Shown piece by piece: positions 44,483 through 54,967 of a DNA stretch of 64,000 nt. Source of the stretch: an uncultured Chloroflexia bacterium (GTDB lineage Bacteria > Chloroflexota > Limnocylindria > Limnocylindrales > CSP1-4). A program made the position numbers and the translations under genes. The DNA lies in assembly GCA_963828165.1 (NCBI GenBank), contig CAWHDR010000001.1, positions 1,824,001 to 1,888,000 on the forward strand, in the 5' to 3' direction. Position 1 is the stretch's first letter, and every line of letters starts with the position of its first letter. The notes beneath the pieces are model-generated. The model did not search any database, had not been told where the DNA came from, and saw nothing but the letters and a program-made list of their open reading frames with translations.

Positions 44483-45154
44483 TCAGCTCTTGCTGGCGGT
44501 CTTCTTCGGGGCGGTCTTCGTGGCGGTCTTCGTGGCGGTGGCCTTGGTCGACGACTTCGAGGTCGACTTCGATGCGCCCTTCGTGCCGGACGTCTTCGCC
44601 GCGGACGCCTTGCTCGCCGGCTTCGACGGCCTGGTCGGAGCAGCGGTGGCGCCTTCGGACGCGGCGGCTTCGGCGGCCTTGGCCGCGGCGGCCTCCGCGC
44701 GAGCCGACTTGCTCAGCGCCGCACGGGCCTTGCCGGCGGCGGTCTGGGCGCCCTTCGCCTTGACCGACTTGCCGGCCGCGATGCGCGCCTTGGCCGCCTT
44801 GGCCGCGGCCGTCTTGCCGGTGACCTTCGTGACACGGCCCGAGGCCGTGGCCTGCGTTCCGCCGAGGGCCGCATTCACCTTGATCGTGAGGCGCGACTTG
44901 CGGCGCGCGGCCGCGTTCGGGTGGATGGCTCCGGCCTTGGCCGCGCGGTCGAGCGCCGACAGCGCATCGATCAGGGCGACGGTGGTGGCTTCGGCGTCGG
45001 TCGGGCCGGCGGCGACGCTCAGGGCCTTGGCGACGTACGTCTTGGCGGCCGTTCGCCGCGGACCGAGGATGTCGTGACGGCGCGCGGCCTGACGAACGCG
45101 CTTGAGTCCCGAAGGTGTCCGGGCTCCCGTCCAGGTGCGGGGCGTCTTGGCCAA
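44483..45154 (-). CDS. rpsT: 30S ribosomal protein S20 with long Ala/Lys-rich C-terminal extension
   Basis: SGLKRVRQ..., KTYVAKA, ALSALDRAAKAGAIHPNAAARRKSRL; TTG start, GAGG RBS. Confidence 0.9.
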   Translation of the reverse strand: MAKTPRTWTGARTPSGLKRVRQAARRHDILGPRRTAAKTYVAKALSVAAGPTDAEATTVALIDALSALDRAAKAGAIHPNAAARRKSRLTIKVNAALGGTQATASGRVTKVTGKTAAAKAAKARIAAGKSVKAKGAQTAAGKARAALSKSARAEAAAAKAAEAAASEGATAAPTRPSKPASKASAAKTSGTKGASKSTSKSSTKATATKTATKTAPKKTASKS

Positions 45155-45313
45155 GTGGAAGAACCTCGTTGCTTCGATCGGATCGTTGGTGGCTGGGCAC
45201 CGTGACACGGGGTGAGTGCCGGGCGCGAACGCGGATGGTACCACAGGGCTTGGTCCAGTCCGGCTCGCCCGCGACCCCAACGCACGACGCTCGCGCCCGG
45301 CAGACTTGGGGGC

Positions 45314-46261
45314 GTGACCGCGATCCTGGGTGGCCTGGCGGCCGCCGTCCTGTGGGCGACCGCGACCCTGGCCTCGTCGAGGTCGAGCCGGATGATCGGC
45401 TCCCGGGTCGTGCTTGCGTGGGTGATGATCGTCGGGACGATCGTAGGTCTGCCGATCGCCCTGGTCGCCGGCATCCCGACCGAGGTTCCCGCGGGCACGC
45501 TGCCTCTCGTCCTGCTTGCCGGCCTCTGTTACTCGGCCGGGCTGTACGCCACGTACAAGGCGCTGACCATCGGCAAGGTCTCGATCGTGGCCCCGATCGT
45601 CGCGACCGAAGGCGCCGTGGGCGCGCTGATCGCCGTGGCGCTGGGCGACCCGTTGACGCTCGTCGCGGCAATCCTGCTGGCCGTCATCGCCGGCGGCGTG
45701 GTCCTCTCCAGCATCGAACCGGCTCGGCCGGATGTCCCCGCCGGCGACATCGAGCTCGCGGCCGATGCCCTCGACGGTCCGGCCCGTGACGACGCCCGGG
45801 CCCGCGTCGCGGACCACGCGGCGCTCGTCGCCGACGACGCAGAGCGGATCCGCAAGACCGTCCTGTATTCCGTGGCGGGCGCCCTGATCTTCGGCGTCGG
45901 CCTCGTGGCGGCCGGCAAGTCCGCAGCCCTCATCCCGCCGATCTGGGTCGCCGTCGGTTCGCGGTTCGTCGGCTTGGCGGTCGTCGCGCTGCCGCTCGTG
46001 CTCCAACGACGGCTGGTGCTCACCCGCCAAGCCCTGCCGCTCGTAGTGATCGCCGGGATCGGCGAGATCGTCGGCTCGACGGCGTCGGCGTGGGGATCCA
46101 TCTACAGCATCCCGATCACGGCCGTGCTCGGCTCCCAGTTCGCGGCGATCGCGGCGGTCCTCGCGTACTTCCTGTTCGGCGAGCGCCTGTCACGCACCCA
46201 GGTCGCGGGTGTCGTCCTCATCGTCGGAGGCGTGACGGCCCTCGCGGCGTCGAGCGTGTGA
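45314..46261 (+). CDS. EamA/DMT family transporter
   Basis: About 10 TM helices, [16 protein letters not shown]. Confidence 0.88.
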   Translation: MTAILGGLAAAVLWATATLASSRSSRMIGSRVVLAWVMIVGTIVGLPIALVAGIPTEVPAGTLPLVLLAGLCYSAGLYATYKALTIGKVSIVAPIVATEGAVGALIAVALGDPLTLVAAILLAVIAGGVVLSSIEPARPDVPAGDIELAADALDGPARDDARARVADHAALVADDAERIRKTVLYSVAGALIFGVGLVAAGKSAALIPPIWVAVGSRFVGLAVVALPLVLQRRLVLTRQALPLVVIAGIGEIVGSTASAWGSIYSIPITAVLGSQFAAIAAVLAYFLFGERLSRTQVAGVVLIVGGVTALAASSV

Positions 46262-46280
46262 CCGGCTACACTCCCGCCTC

Positions 46281-48092
46281 GTGACCATCCCCCAGGACCG
46301 CCTTCGAAACTTCTCGATCATCGCCCACATCGATCACGGCAAGTCCACCCTCGCCGATCGGCTGCTGGAGCTGACGCATACGATCGACGCGCGCCAGATG
46401 ACGAGCCAGGTCCTCGATTCGATGGACCTCGAGCGCGAGAAGGGCATCACGATCAAGGCCCGCGCCGTTCGCCTGGACTACACGGCCAAGGACGGCAAGA
46501 CGTACGGGCTCAACCTCATCGACACGCCCGGTCACGTCGACTTCGCCTACGAGGTCAGCCACAGCCTGCAGGCCTGCGAAGGCGCGATCCTTGTCGTCGA
46601 CGCCACCCAGGGGATCGAGGCGCAGACGCTCGCCAATGTCCACCTCGCGCTCAAAGAGAACCTGACCCTGATCCCGGTCCTCAACAAGATCGACCTGCCC
46701 TCGGCCGACCCCGAGACGATCATGGACGAGCTCGAGAACGTCCTCGCGATCCCGCGCGAAGAGGTCATCCTGGCGAGCGCCAAGGACGGCACCGGCGTCA
46801 TCGACATCCTCGAGGCCATCGTCGAGCGGATCCCCCCTCCGAAGGGCGACCCGCACGCCCCCGTGCAGGGTCTGATCTTCGACAGCCACTACGACGCGTA
46901 CAAGGGCGTGATCGTCTACGTCCGGCTGGCCGCCGGCACCCTCCGCTCGACCGAGCCCGTCAAGCTCATGGCGAGCGGCGCCCTGGCGGAGCCGCTGGAG
47001 CTCGGCGTCTTCCGACCCCAGCTCGTACCGGTCAAGCAGCTCGTCGCCGGCGAAGTCGGCTACGTCGCGACCGGGCTCAAGAACGTCCGCGACGCGCAGG
47101 TCGGCGACACGCTCACGACCCAGGCCCGACCGGCGAGCGAACCGCTTCCCGGCTACCAGGAAGCGAAGAGCCTCGTGTTCGCCGGCATCTACCCACTCAG
47201 CGGCGAGGACTATCCGCTCCTGCGCGAGGCGCTCGACAAGCTCCACCTCAACGACGCGAGCTTCACCTTCGAGCCGGAGAGCTCCGTGGCGCTCGGCTTC
47301 GGATTTCGCTGTGGCTTTCTCGGCATGCTGCACATGGAGATCGTCCAGGAGCGACTCGAGCGGGAGCACTCGCTCGACCTCATCGCGTCGGCGCCGTCGG
47401 TCGAGTACCACGTCCAGCTGCAGCACGGCCGCGGCACGGTCGTCGTGGATAACCCGTCGCTGCTGCCGAACCCGTCCGACATCGAGTCGATCGAGGAGCC
47501 CTGGGTCAAGCTCAGCGTCGTGACGCCGAGCCAGTACATCGGCGCGCTGATGGAGCTGTCGACCAACCGGCGCGGGACGTTCGTGAACATGGAGTACCTC
47601 GACCCGACCCGGGTCGTCCTCCACTTCGAGATGCCGCTCGCGGAGCTCATCGTCGACTACTTCGACCAGCTGAAGAGCCGAAGCCAGGGCTACGCGTCGA
47701 TGGACTACGAGGAGCTGGGCTATCGACCGGCGAACCTGGCCAAGGTCGACATCCTCGTCAACGGCGAGCCGGTCGACGCGCTGTCGATCATCGTCCCGCG
47801 TGATCGAGCGCAATCGACCGGGCGAGCCCTTACCGAGCGACTCAAGCAGCTCATCCCGCGGCAGATGTTCGAGATCCCCATCCAGGCGGCGATCGGCAGC
47901 AATGTCATCGCCCGCGAATCCGTCCGGGCCATGCGCAAGAACGTGCTGGCCAAGTGTTACGGTGGCGACATCTCCCGCAAGCGCAAGCTGCTCGAGAAAC
48001 AGAAAGAGGGCAAGCAGCGGATGAAGCGGGTCGGGTCGGTCGAGATCCCGCAGGAGGCGTTCCTCGCGATGCTCCGTCTGGACGAAGGCTAA
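46281..48092 (+). CDS. lepA: Elongation factor 4
   Basis: [57 protein letters not shown]. Confidence 0.98.
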   Translation: MTIPQDRLRNFSIIAHIDHGKSTLADRLLELTHTIDARQMTSQVLDSMDLEREKGITIKARAVRLDYTAKDGKTYGLNLIDTPGHVDFAYEVSHSLQACEGAILVVDATQGIEAQTLANVHLALKENLTLIPVLNKIDLPSADPETIMDELENVLAIPREEVILASAKDGTGVIDILEAIVERIPPPKGDPHAPVQGLIFDSHYDAYKGVIVYVRLAAGTLRSTEPVKLMASGALAEPLELGVFRPQLVPVKQLVAGEVGYVATGLKNVRDAQVGDTLTTQARPASEPLPGYQEAKSLVFAGIYPLSGEDYPLLREALDKLHLNDASFTFEPESSVALGFGFRCGFLGMLHMEIVQERLEREHSLDLIASAPSVEYHVQLQHGRGTVVVDNPSLLPNPSDIESIEEPWVKLSVVTPSQYIGALMELSTNRRGTFVNMEYLDPTRVVLHFEMPLAELIVDYFDQLKSRSQGYASMDYEELGYRPANLAKVDILVNGEPVDALSIIVPRDRAQSTGRALTERLKQLIPRQMFEIPIQAAIGSNVIARESVRAMRKNVLAKCYGGDISRKRKLLEKQKEGKQRMKRVGSVEIPQEAFLAMLRLDEG

Positions 48093-48097
48093 GGCGC

Positions 48098-48868
48098 GTG
48101 GAGGATCTGTTCGACGTCTCGCGCGGCCTGATCGTGGTCGGGCTGACGCTGCTGCTGGCGATGCTCCGCCTCGACGCGGAGCGGTTCGGGACGGCTGAGT
48201 ACTACGAGACGACACGTGACGGCGAGCGGCCACGGGTCAGGCGGCGGCTGGCGTGGTACGGGCTCGGGCTCGGGATCGTCATCGCGATGCTGTACATCAG
48301 CCCCGCGCCGCAGGCGGACCTGTTCCTCGGGACGGGCGACCGGCTGGGCGCCGTCCTCGGCGGACTCGTCTTTGCCGCGATCGGGGTGGCCCAGGCGGTG
48401 GCCTTCGCGACGATCCGCTATCACCGGATCCGGTTCCCGGACACGGCGTCCTACCCGGGTGCGCTGCTGAACTCGACGGCCACGGCGTTCCTCGACGAGG
48501 TCACGTTCCGTGGCGCGATCTTCGGGACCCTGATCGCGCTCGGCCTGGAAGCGAATGCCTCGAACCTCATCCAGACGCTGCTCTATGCCCTCGCCACGCG
48601 GCTCGGAGCGCCGGGACGGGACCGGTACCTGCTCGCCACGACGATCGGGATCGGGCTCATCGGCGGCTGGCTGACCGCCGTCACCGGGGGCATCGCCGCA
48701 GCGTTCCTGGGCCACGCTGCCACGCGGTTCGCGATCTTCCTGTGCACGGGCCACACGGGCCAGACGCTGCCGCGCGGGCGGGAGGTCGAGGAGATCGAGA
48801 AGCGCCGCCGTCCTCCCGACGGCTGGCGGGTGATCGGGAATCGGGAGTCGGCCTCGCGAGACCGGTGA
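48098..48868 (+). CDS. CPBP (Abi/CAAX protease-like) membrane protein with degenerate motifs
   Basis: FLDEVTFRG motif 1 (EE to DE), GGIAAAFLGHA motif. Confidence 0.7.
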   Translation: MEDLFDVSRGLIVVGLTLLLAMLRLDAERFGTAEYYETTRDGERPRVRRRLAWYGLGLGIVIAMLYISPAPQADLFLGTGDRLGAVLGGLVFAAIGVAQAVAFATIRYHRIRFPDTASYPGALLNSTATAFLDEVTFRGAIFGTLIALGLEANASNLIQTLLYALATRLGAPGRDRYLLATTIGIGLIGGWLTAVTGGIAAAFLGHAATRFAIFLCTGHTGQTLPRGREVEEIEKRRRPPDGWRVIGNRESASRDR

Positions 48869-48987
48869 ATGCGGTGTCGGCCGGACCGCGTCCCTGCCGG
48901 TGACGTCAACGCCATGAATACGCAAGGGTCGGGTCAACTTGCGCAGGAATCGCCACTCACCCATGGCTGCTTGACGAGATCCCGTCT

Positions 48988-50223
48988 GTGTCCGTGACCG
49001 AACGGCGTCCGCCCATGGAACCGCAACCTCCGGTGACGCTGTACGTCCACGTGCCGTTCTGCGTCTCCCTCTGCCCCTACTGCGATTTCGTCGTCTACGC
49101 CGGTGCGGCGGCGCGTGGCCCGCGGGCTCGGATGTCGACGTTCCTGGACGCGGTCCTGACGGAGATCGAGCTGCGGGCGGACGCGCTCGATGCGCGGTTC
49201 GGATCGTCGCGGCCTGCGCTCCACAGTGTGTACTTCGGCGGAGGCACGCCCTCGCTCGTGCCGGCTGACGACATCGAGCGGCTGCTCTCGCGCGTGCGCG
49301 AGCGCTTCGACATCGCACCCGGCGCCGAGGTCACCCTCGAGTCGAACCCCGGGCCGGACGAGCGCGGCGACCCCGCAGCTTGGCGCCGCGCCGGCATCAC
49401 CCGCATCTCGTTCGGTGCCCAATCGCTCGACGACACCGAGCTGCGGCGGCTCGGACGGCGCCACCACGCAGCGGATGTGGTTGAAGCGGTGGAGAGCGCT
49501 CGCGAGGCCGGCATCGCCTCGATCAACCTGGATCTCCTCTATGACACACCGGAGGGCACATTGGCGACCTGGATGGCCACGCTCGCCACTGCCCTGGAGC
49601 TCGCACCGGAGCACCTGTCGCTCTACGCGCTGACCCTTGACGACCCGGACGCAGAGGGGCTCACCGGTCCGGGCGGCGACCACCTGCCGACCACGCGCGG
49701 CGCCCGCCGCTGGCGCGAACGAGCGCGGCCGACGCAGGACGAGGACCGCGCCGCGGCCGAGTACCAGCACGCCACCTCGGTCCTCGCGGATGCCGGGTTC
49801 CGCGGCTACGAGATCTCGAACTGGGCGCGGCCCGGCCACGAGAGTCGTCACAACCTCGCCTACTGGCAGCGCCGTCCGTATGAGGGGGTCGGGCCGGGGG
49901 CCCATGCCTTCGATGGTGCCGTCCGACGCTGGAATGCGGCCCGGCTGGAGGGGTACGTGGCCGCCCTGACCGGCCCGCGTCCGGTCCTGCCGCCCGGTGG
50001 CGCCGACGTCGTGGACGACGCCGCCGCGACCGCCGAAACGCTGATCCTTGGCCTGCGCCTGGACACGGGCGTCCCCCTGGCCATGGCCGACAAGGCGCCC
50101 CTGGCCGACGCGTTCCGATGGGCGCGCGCCGCCGAGCTCCTGGACGTGACCGTCGACGACCGGGTCGTGTTGACGACGCGAGGCCGGCTCCTGTCGAACG
50201 AGCTGCTTGCCCGGCTGGTCTAG
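48988..50223 (+). CDS. hemW: Radical SAM heme chaperone HemW (HemN-like)
   Basis: LYVHVPFCVSLCPYCDF, YFGGGTPS, YEISNW, HNLAYW; lepA-hemW-hrcA context. Confidence 0.9.
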   Translation: MSVTERRPPMEPQPPVTLYVHVPFCVSLCPYCDFVVYAGAAARGPRARMSTFLDAVLTEIELRADALDARFGSSRPALHSVYFGGGTPSLVPADDIERLLSRVRERFDIAPGAEVTLESNPGPDERGDPAAWRRAGITRISFGAQSLDDTELRRLGRRHHAADVVEAVESAREAGIASINLDLLYDTPEGTLATWMATLATALELAPEHLSLYALTLDDPDAEGLTGPGGDHLPTTRGARRWRERARPTQDEDRAAAEYQHATSVLADAGFRGYEISNWARPGHESRHNLAYWQRRPYEGVGPGAHAFDGAVRRWNAARLEGYVAALTGPRPVLPPGGADVVDDAAATAETLILGLRLDTGVPLAMADKAPLADAFRWARAAELLDVTVDDRVVLTTRGRLLSNELLARLV

Positions 50224-50449
50224 ACAGTGCGGTGCCATCGCGCACCGGTTTCTCGATCGTTTGTCGGCCCGTTCCCCGCGTGGCTGGCGCCCAACGACTT
50301 GGCGCGCGGGCGCGGCGGTGGCCATACTGTCGGGACCGTTGCTTCAGGTCACCAGGGACGTTCCGTGACCGCAGCGGTCGTCCGGGTACGTCGCGCGAGC
50401 AGGGTCGAACTGCGGCGCGTGCGGCGGCCCAGGGGAGGGAGGAAACCTC

Positions 50450-53400
50450 GTGCCATCCCGTCCTGTGTACCGCCCCGATCGTCGTTCCCGACGAACCAGG
50501 CGGCGCGCGCCACTCCTGGCGGCGCTCCTCCTAACGACGCCGCTCCTCGCCATCCCGACGACGGCGGCCGCAGACCCCGGGGCCCCCTGGGATGGGACGC
50601 CGATCTCGGCCGGCCTCGGCCCGACCTACGGCGAGGACTGGTGCCAGCCACCGGACCCCGGCACCGCCATCGCCGGTCTCCAGGGCGCCCCGCTGGCGAT
50701 CATCCCGTACGAGGCCATCCATTGCACCGTCGACCAGATCCTCGCCGAGGGCGTCTCGGCTGGCATCCCGCCGCGCGCGACGTATGAGGTCAACACCCTC
50801 ACGGACACCGGCCGTGAGCAGCTGGCCGTCGTCGTCAACGCCCTCGAGACGCCGGAGCAGCAACGAGACTACGAGCGCTGGACCCAGGTCCGGGAGTTGA
50901 TGACCTCTGATCCTGCCGAGGCACAGGCGCTGCTCGCGACCTTCGGCGCGGACGTCAAGATGCCGATCTTCATCGAGGCCAACATCCACGGCGGCGAGCG
51001 CGAAGGCACCGACGCCATGCTCCAGGTGCTCCGTGACCTGGTCACGACGCCGTACGGTGACCACCCCGTCGTCGATGACGTCCTCGACCACTCGGTCCTC
51101 ATCATCATCCCGAGCCAGAACCCGGACGGCCGGTATCTGGGCACGCGGGCGAACTCCAATGGGTTCGACATGAACCGCGACCTGCTCGTGCAGTCGCAGC
51201 CGGAGATCCGGGCGAACATCCGCCTCCAGCTCGAGTGGCTGGCGCCCGTCATGTTCGCCATGCACGGATACGTCAACCCCACCCTCATCGATGGGCTGAC
51301 GAAGCCTCACAACCCGGGTCTCGAGTACGACATCTTCGCCAACTGGAACCAGCGCCGGCTCGATGAGAACGAGCTGGACTTCGCCGTGATCGAGCAGAGT
51401 CTCACCCGGCCGGTCAACGACTACGGTCCCAACGGCGGCCAGCAGGCGAACATCGCGACCACCAACGGCGCCACCCAGAGTGGCACGACCGTCACGATCC
51501 AGACGACCGGCAGCCACGGCCTGAGCGTCGGCCAGGACGTCGAGGTCGCCGGGGTCGCCGAGTTCGCCTACAACGGCGAGGTCGTCGTCACCTCGATCCC
51601 GGCGGCGAACCGCTTCACGTACGAGCTGGAGGTCACGGGCCTTGCGCCGTCGGGCCAAGGCGTCGTCTTCACCGGCAGCCCCGCCGTGGCCGAGGGATGG
51701 GATGACTGGGGCCCGTTCTACACCCAGACGTATGGCGCGTTCTTCGGCGTGGACGGCTCCACGCTCGAGATGTGCAGCAATGCCTCGTGTGGTGGCCGGC
51801 TGGGCTCCAAGACGGCTCAGTACCTCGGCTTCTACTCGTCGGCCGACTACTGGCTCGCCCACCGTGCCGAGATCCTGCACGATCAGCTCACCGTTGCCAC
51901 TCGCAACGTCAGCAACGCCCCGCGCGTGAACTGCTGCGACGACCCGTTCCTGGCCGAGCGCGGCTTCGATGCCGAGAACCACGATTGGATGGTTCCGTAC
52001 CCCAAGGCCTTCGTGATCCCGAGCAGCATCAGCCCCGGCGGGCATCCCCTCGCATTCGACGACGGCCAGCGGAGCCAGTCCGAGTCGAACCGGCTGGCCC
52101 AGTGGCTCCTGGACAACGGTGTCCAACTCCACCGGACGACGAAGGACTACGTCTATGCGGGGAAGACGATCCCCAGGCATTCCTACGTCCTGTTCCCGGA
52201 TCAGTTCCAGCGCGGGTTCGCCTACACCTCGCTGGCCGCCGGGCAGGATATCTCCGCGCGAATCACCCAGCTCTACGCACCCCCGGGCGCGTGGAGCCAT
52301 GGTCAGCTGTGGGGAGCCGACACGATCGAGGTCCCCGCAGGGGCGACGTTCGCACCCAAGGTCGAACCCATCACCGCATTGAACCCGCAGGTCGGCGGCG
52401 TGCGCGGCGGTGGCAAGGCCAACTGGTACGCACTCGCCATCCGTGGGACCGCGGAGACGCGGGCCGTCCTCGACCTGCTGCGCGACGGGATCGACGGAGA
52501 GATCGCCGACGCAGCCTTCACGAGCGCCTCGGCGGGCTCGATGCCGGCCGGGTCCGTGCTCTTCCCGAATACCCCGGCCAACGTCGCAGCTCTGACCGCC
52601 GCGGGCCTCGAGGCCGGCGTGTGGTTCGAGCGGGTGCTGACAGCGGCCAAGCCAGCGACGACGCAGTTGGACGAAGCGCCGCAGATCGCGGTGCTCGTCA
52701 ACAGCGCGGCGCCGACCATCAACGACACGATGCACAGCCTCCAGCGCATCTTCGGATCGGATGCACGGTTCATCTCGACGATCGCCGGGAGCGACTCGCT
52801 GCAGAACGCCGCTGCCGACCCGCTGGCCGACATCGACGTCATCTACAACACCGGCCAGAACTACCCGGCGTCCGTGAACATCTCGGCAGCGCCGGCTGGA
52901 GCCACGCAGAGCGGCACCACGGCCACCATCCAGACGACAGCCGCACACAACCTCGCGGTCGGTTCGACCGTGACGGTATCCGGTGTCGGCGTGGCGGGCT
53001 ATAACGGCACCTTCGTGGTGACGGCGGTGCCCGCGGCCAACCGGTTCTCGTACGAAGCCGCGACATCCGGACTCGCCGCCTCCGGCGGAGGGACGGTGAC
53101 CTATACCGGCGCTCGTGACCGACTCGCCGGATTCTTCGCGGACGGCGGTGGCTACATCGGGACCGGCGTCTCGGGCACCAACTTCACGTTCCTCACCAAC
53201 GGTGGACTCACCTCCGGCACCTTCACGCAGGGCAGCGCCGGCGCCGGCGGTGGGATCGCCCGCTGGACCAACACCGGTGGGGCAGCCAGCCCGATCACCG
53301 GGGCCTACCCGGCCACCGATTTCTGGTATCTCCCCTCCAACGTCACCTATTTCTCGGCGCTCCCGACCGACGCCGTGATCGACGGCCGCTTTCCAAACGG

Positions 53401-53638
53401 TGCCAGTGCCAGCCCGACCGGACCCACCGAGCTGTTCGTGGCCGGTCTCTGGCGCTCGCGCGACTCCGCCGCCTCGGTGGCCGCGGTCGGCGCCCCGATC
53501 GTCGTCCACGGCAACACCACGGCCGGCAGCCGCTACATCGGCTACGCGACCAATCCGTTCTCGCGGGGCGACTTCGAACGCTCCTGGCCGCTCATCGCGA
53601 CGGCGGCGTTGTGGTCGAATCTCACCGACGAGCCGTAA
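50450..53638 (+). CDS. Secreted M14 zinc carboxypeptidase with two inserted repeat domains
   Basis: Signal peptide; NIHGGEREG (HxxE), QNPDGR, RANSNGFDMNRD, MHG; C-terminal glutaminase-like segment GGGYIG. Confidence 0.85.
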   Translation: MPSRPVYRPDRRSRRTRRRAPLLAALLLTTPLLAIPTTAAADPGAPWDGTPISAGLGPTYGEDWCQPPDPGTAIAGLQGAPLAIIPYEAIHCTVDQILAEGVSAGIPPRATYEVNTLTDTGREQLAVVVNALETPEQQRDYERWTQVRELMTSDPAEAQALLATFGADVKMPIFIEANIHGGEREGTDAMLQVLRDLVTTPYGDHPVVDDVLDHSVLIIIPSQNPDGRYLGTRANSNGFDMNRDLLVQSQPEIRANIRLQLEWLAPVMFAMHGYVNPTLIDGLTKPHNPGLEYDIFANWNQRRLDENELDFAVIEQSLTRPVNDYGPNGGQQANIATTNGATQSGTTVTIQTTGSHGLSVGQDVEVAGVAEFAYNGEVVVTSIPAANRFTYELEVTGLAPSGQGVVFTGSPAVAEGWDDWGPFYTQTYGAFFGVDGSTLEMCSNASCGGRLGSKTAQYLGFYSSADYWLAHRAEILHDQLTVATRNVSNAPRVNCCDDPFLAERGFDAENHDWMVPYPKAFVIPSSISPGGHPLAFDDGQRSQSESNRLAQWLLDNGVQLHRTTKDYVYAGKTIPRHSYVLFPDQFQRGFAYTSLAAGQDISARITQLYAPPGAWSHGQLWGADTIEVPAGATFAPKVEPITALNPQVGGVRGGGKANWYALAIRGTAETRAVLDLLRDGIDGEIADAAFTSASAGSMPAGSVLFPNTPANVAALTAAGLEAGVWFERVLTAAKPATTQLDEAPQIAVLVNSAAPTINDTMHSLQRIFGSDARFISTIAGSDSLQNAAADPLADIDVIYNTGQNYPASVNISAAPAGATQSGTTATIQTTAAHNLAVGSTVTVSGVGVAGYNGTFVVTAVPAANRFSYEAATSGLAASGGGTVTYTGARDRLAGFFADGGGYIGTGVSGTNFTFLTNGGLTSGTFTQGSAGAGGGIARWTNTGGAASPITGAYPATDFWYLPSNVTYFSALPTDAVIDGRFPNGASASPTGPTELFVAGLWRSRDSAASVAAVGAPIVVHGNTTAGSRYIGYATNPFSRGDFERSWPLIATAALWSNLTDEP

Positions 53639-53664
53639 CCGCCGCCATCGACGTGGCGTCATAC

Positions 53665-53693
53665 GATGAGCCGGCGCGACGCGCCGGCTCATC
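53665..53693. terminator. Perfect inverted repeat after the M14 gene
   Basis: GATGAGCCGGCGCG-A-CGCGCCGGCTCATC. Confidence 0.55.
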
Positions 53694-53713
53694 CGCTGCT
53701 AGGGAGATGAGGC

Positions 53714-54292
53714 ATGACGAAGTCAGTCGCCGCCATGCTCGTCGCCGGCCTGCTCCTCCTGGTCGCCTGCCAGAACCCGGTGGTGCCCGCCAGCTCGCCG
53801 CCCACCTCGTCCGTCGTGCCATCCGGCAGCCCGTCCAGCCCATCGCCAGGTTCGACCGCGTCGAGCGGTCCGGCTGACACGACCGCGCCCTCGACTGCCA
53901 GCAGCGTGCCGTCCACGCCATCGTCGACGGCGGCCGCCGCCCCCACTCGGACCCCCACGCCGACCCCGCCTCCTCCGATCGGTGAGTTCCCGCAATCCTG
54001 GACGGGCACCTGGGAGGACCCGGTGACCGGCGGTTCGGGCAGCATCGAGCTCACCCTGTCCGGCAAGGACGCGGGATTCGGCGGCTCCATCACGATGGAC
54101 GGGACGGCCTGCCTCTCCGGCGGCATCCTCGACGGCGCCTACGATGGCCGCGACATCGGATTCGTGGTCACGCAACGCGGTGTGGAGATGCGGTTTGCGG
54201 GCACCGCGCAGAACGCGACGATCTCGGGGACATTCGCCACCGACTGCGACGCGATGGAGGGGACATGGACGGCCGTCCGCAGTTCACGCTGA
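53714..54292 (+). CDS. Putative lipoprotein
   Basis: LLLVAC lipobox, S/P/T linker, small beta-rich C-domain. Confidence 0.72.
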   Translation: MTKSVAAMLVAGLLLLVACQNPVVPASSPPTSSVVPSGSPSSPSPGSTASSGPADTTAPSTASSVPSTPSSTAAAAPTRTPTPTPPPPIGEFPQSWTGTWEDPVTGGSGSIELTLSGKDAGFGGSITMDGTACLSGGILDGAYDGRDIGFVVTQRGVEMRFAGTAQNATISGTFATDCDAMEGTWTAVRSSR

Positions 54293-54882
54293 GGGCGATC
54301 GCCCGGCGACTCGTCATCCTCCCCGTGGTGGCAGCGTCCCTCGCGTTGGCGCCGCCGCCCGCTCTCGCGGAGTGTGACGGCCCGTTCCCGTCCTTCGAGC
54401 ATGCGGCCCCGAGCGCCCGACGCATCGTGATCGGTCAGGTCGTCGCCACCCTGCCGGGCGCGGAAGCCTTCGAGGACGGCCGAACGAGCCAGTTCGTCCT
54501 TCGCGGCTGGTCGGTCCTCGAGGATGATCGGCATGTCGAGATCGAGGTCCGGGACGTGCAGAGCCAGCCCTGTAGTGGGTACATCGTCGCGCGCCCAGGG
54601 GATCGCATCGCGATCGCCTTCGAAGGGCACGACTTCGCGCCCGCCCAGGTCGTGAACGCGGTGGCCTGGCTCGAGGGCGACCCGCCGCCCATCGACGGGA
54701 TCGAGTTCACGACCATCGGAGCGATCTACGCTCGCCTGGGCCGGGTACCGCCGGTGCCTGTAGCGACGGACCCTGCGGAACCGGCCGCAGATCCCTGGAT
54801 CAGTACGCCGACCGTCGTCCTCCTCGTCCTCGCCGCCACGTCGGCGCTCGGCGTCGTCGTGCTGCGACGCCGCCCGCGTTGA
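54265..54882 (+). CDS. Hypothetical exported protein with C-terminal TM (start uncertain)
   Basis: Signal-like ...PPPALA/EC, C-terminal TM followed by RRRPR. Confidence 0.6.
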   Translation: MDGRPQFTLRAIARRLVILPVVAASLALAPPPALAECDGPFPSFEHAAPSARRIVIGQVVATLPGAEAFEDGRTSQFVLRGWSVLEDDRHVEIEVRDVQSQPCSGYIVARPGDRIAIAFEGHDFAPAQVVNAVAWLEGDPPPIDGIEFTTIGAIYARLGRVPPVPVATDPAEPAADPWISTPTVVLLVLAATSALGVVVLRRRPR

Positions 54883-54948
54883 CACTCGGACCGGCCCGCT
54901 GCTACGATGCCGGCACAGCTGTTAGCACTCTCGCCTATCGAGTGCTAA
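54879..54948 (+). promoter_or_regulatory. Promoter and CIRCE element
   Basis: TTGACA-N18-TACGAT; perfect TTAGCACTC-N9-GAGTGCTAA at 54922-54948. Confidence 0.97.
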
Positions 54949-54967
54949 CGTCAGCGGGAGAACGAGC

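Noticed and set aside
44483-46030. 515-aa ORF as an S20 fusion
   Set aside because: The upstream part is the antisense shadow of the EamA gene; S20 most plausibly starts at TTG 45154 with a GAGG RBS
50531-53692. 1053-aa minus-strand ORF and similar long antisense ORFs (e.g. opposite obg, leuS, lepA, dnaK)
   Set aside because: Shadow frames of real genes, expected at this GC content; no protein motifs
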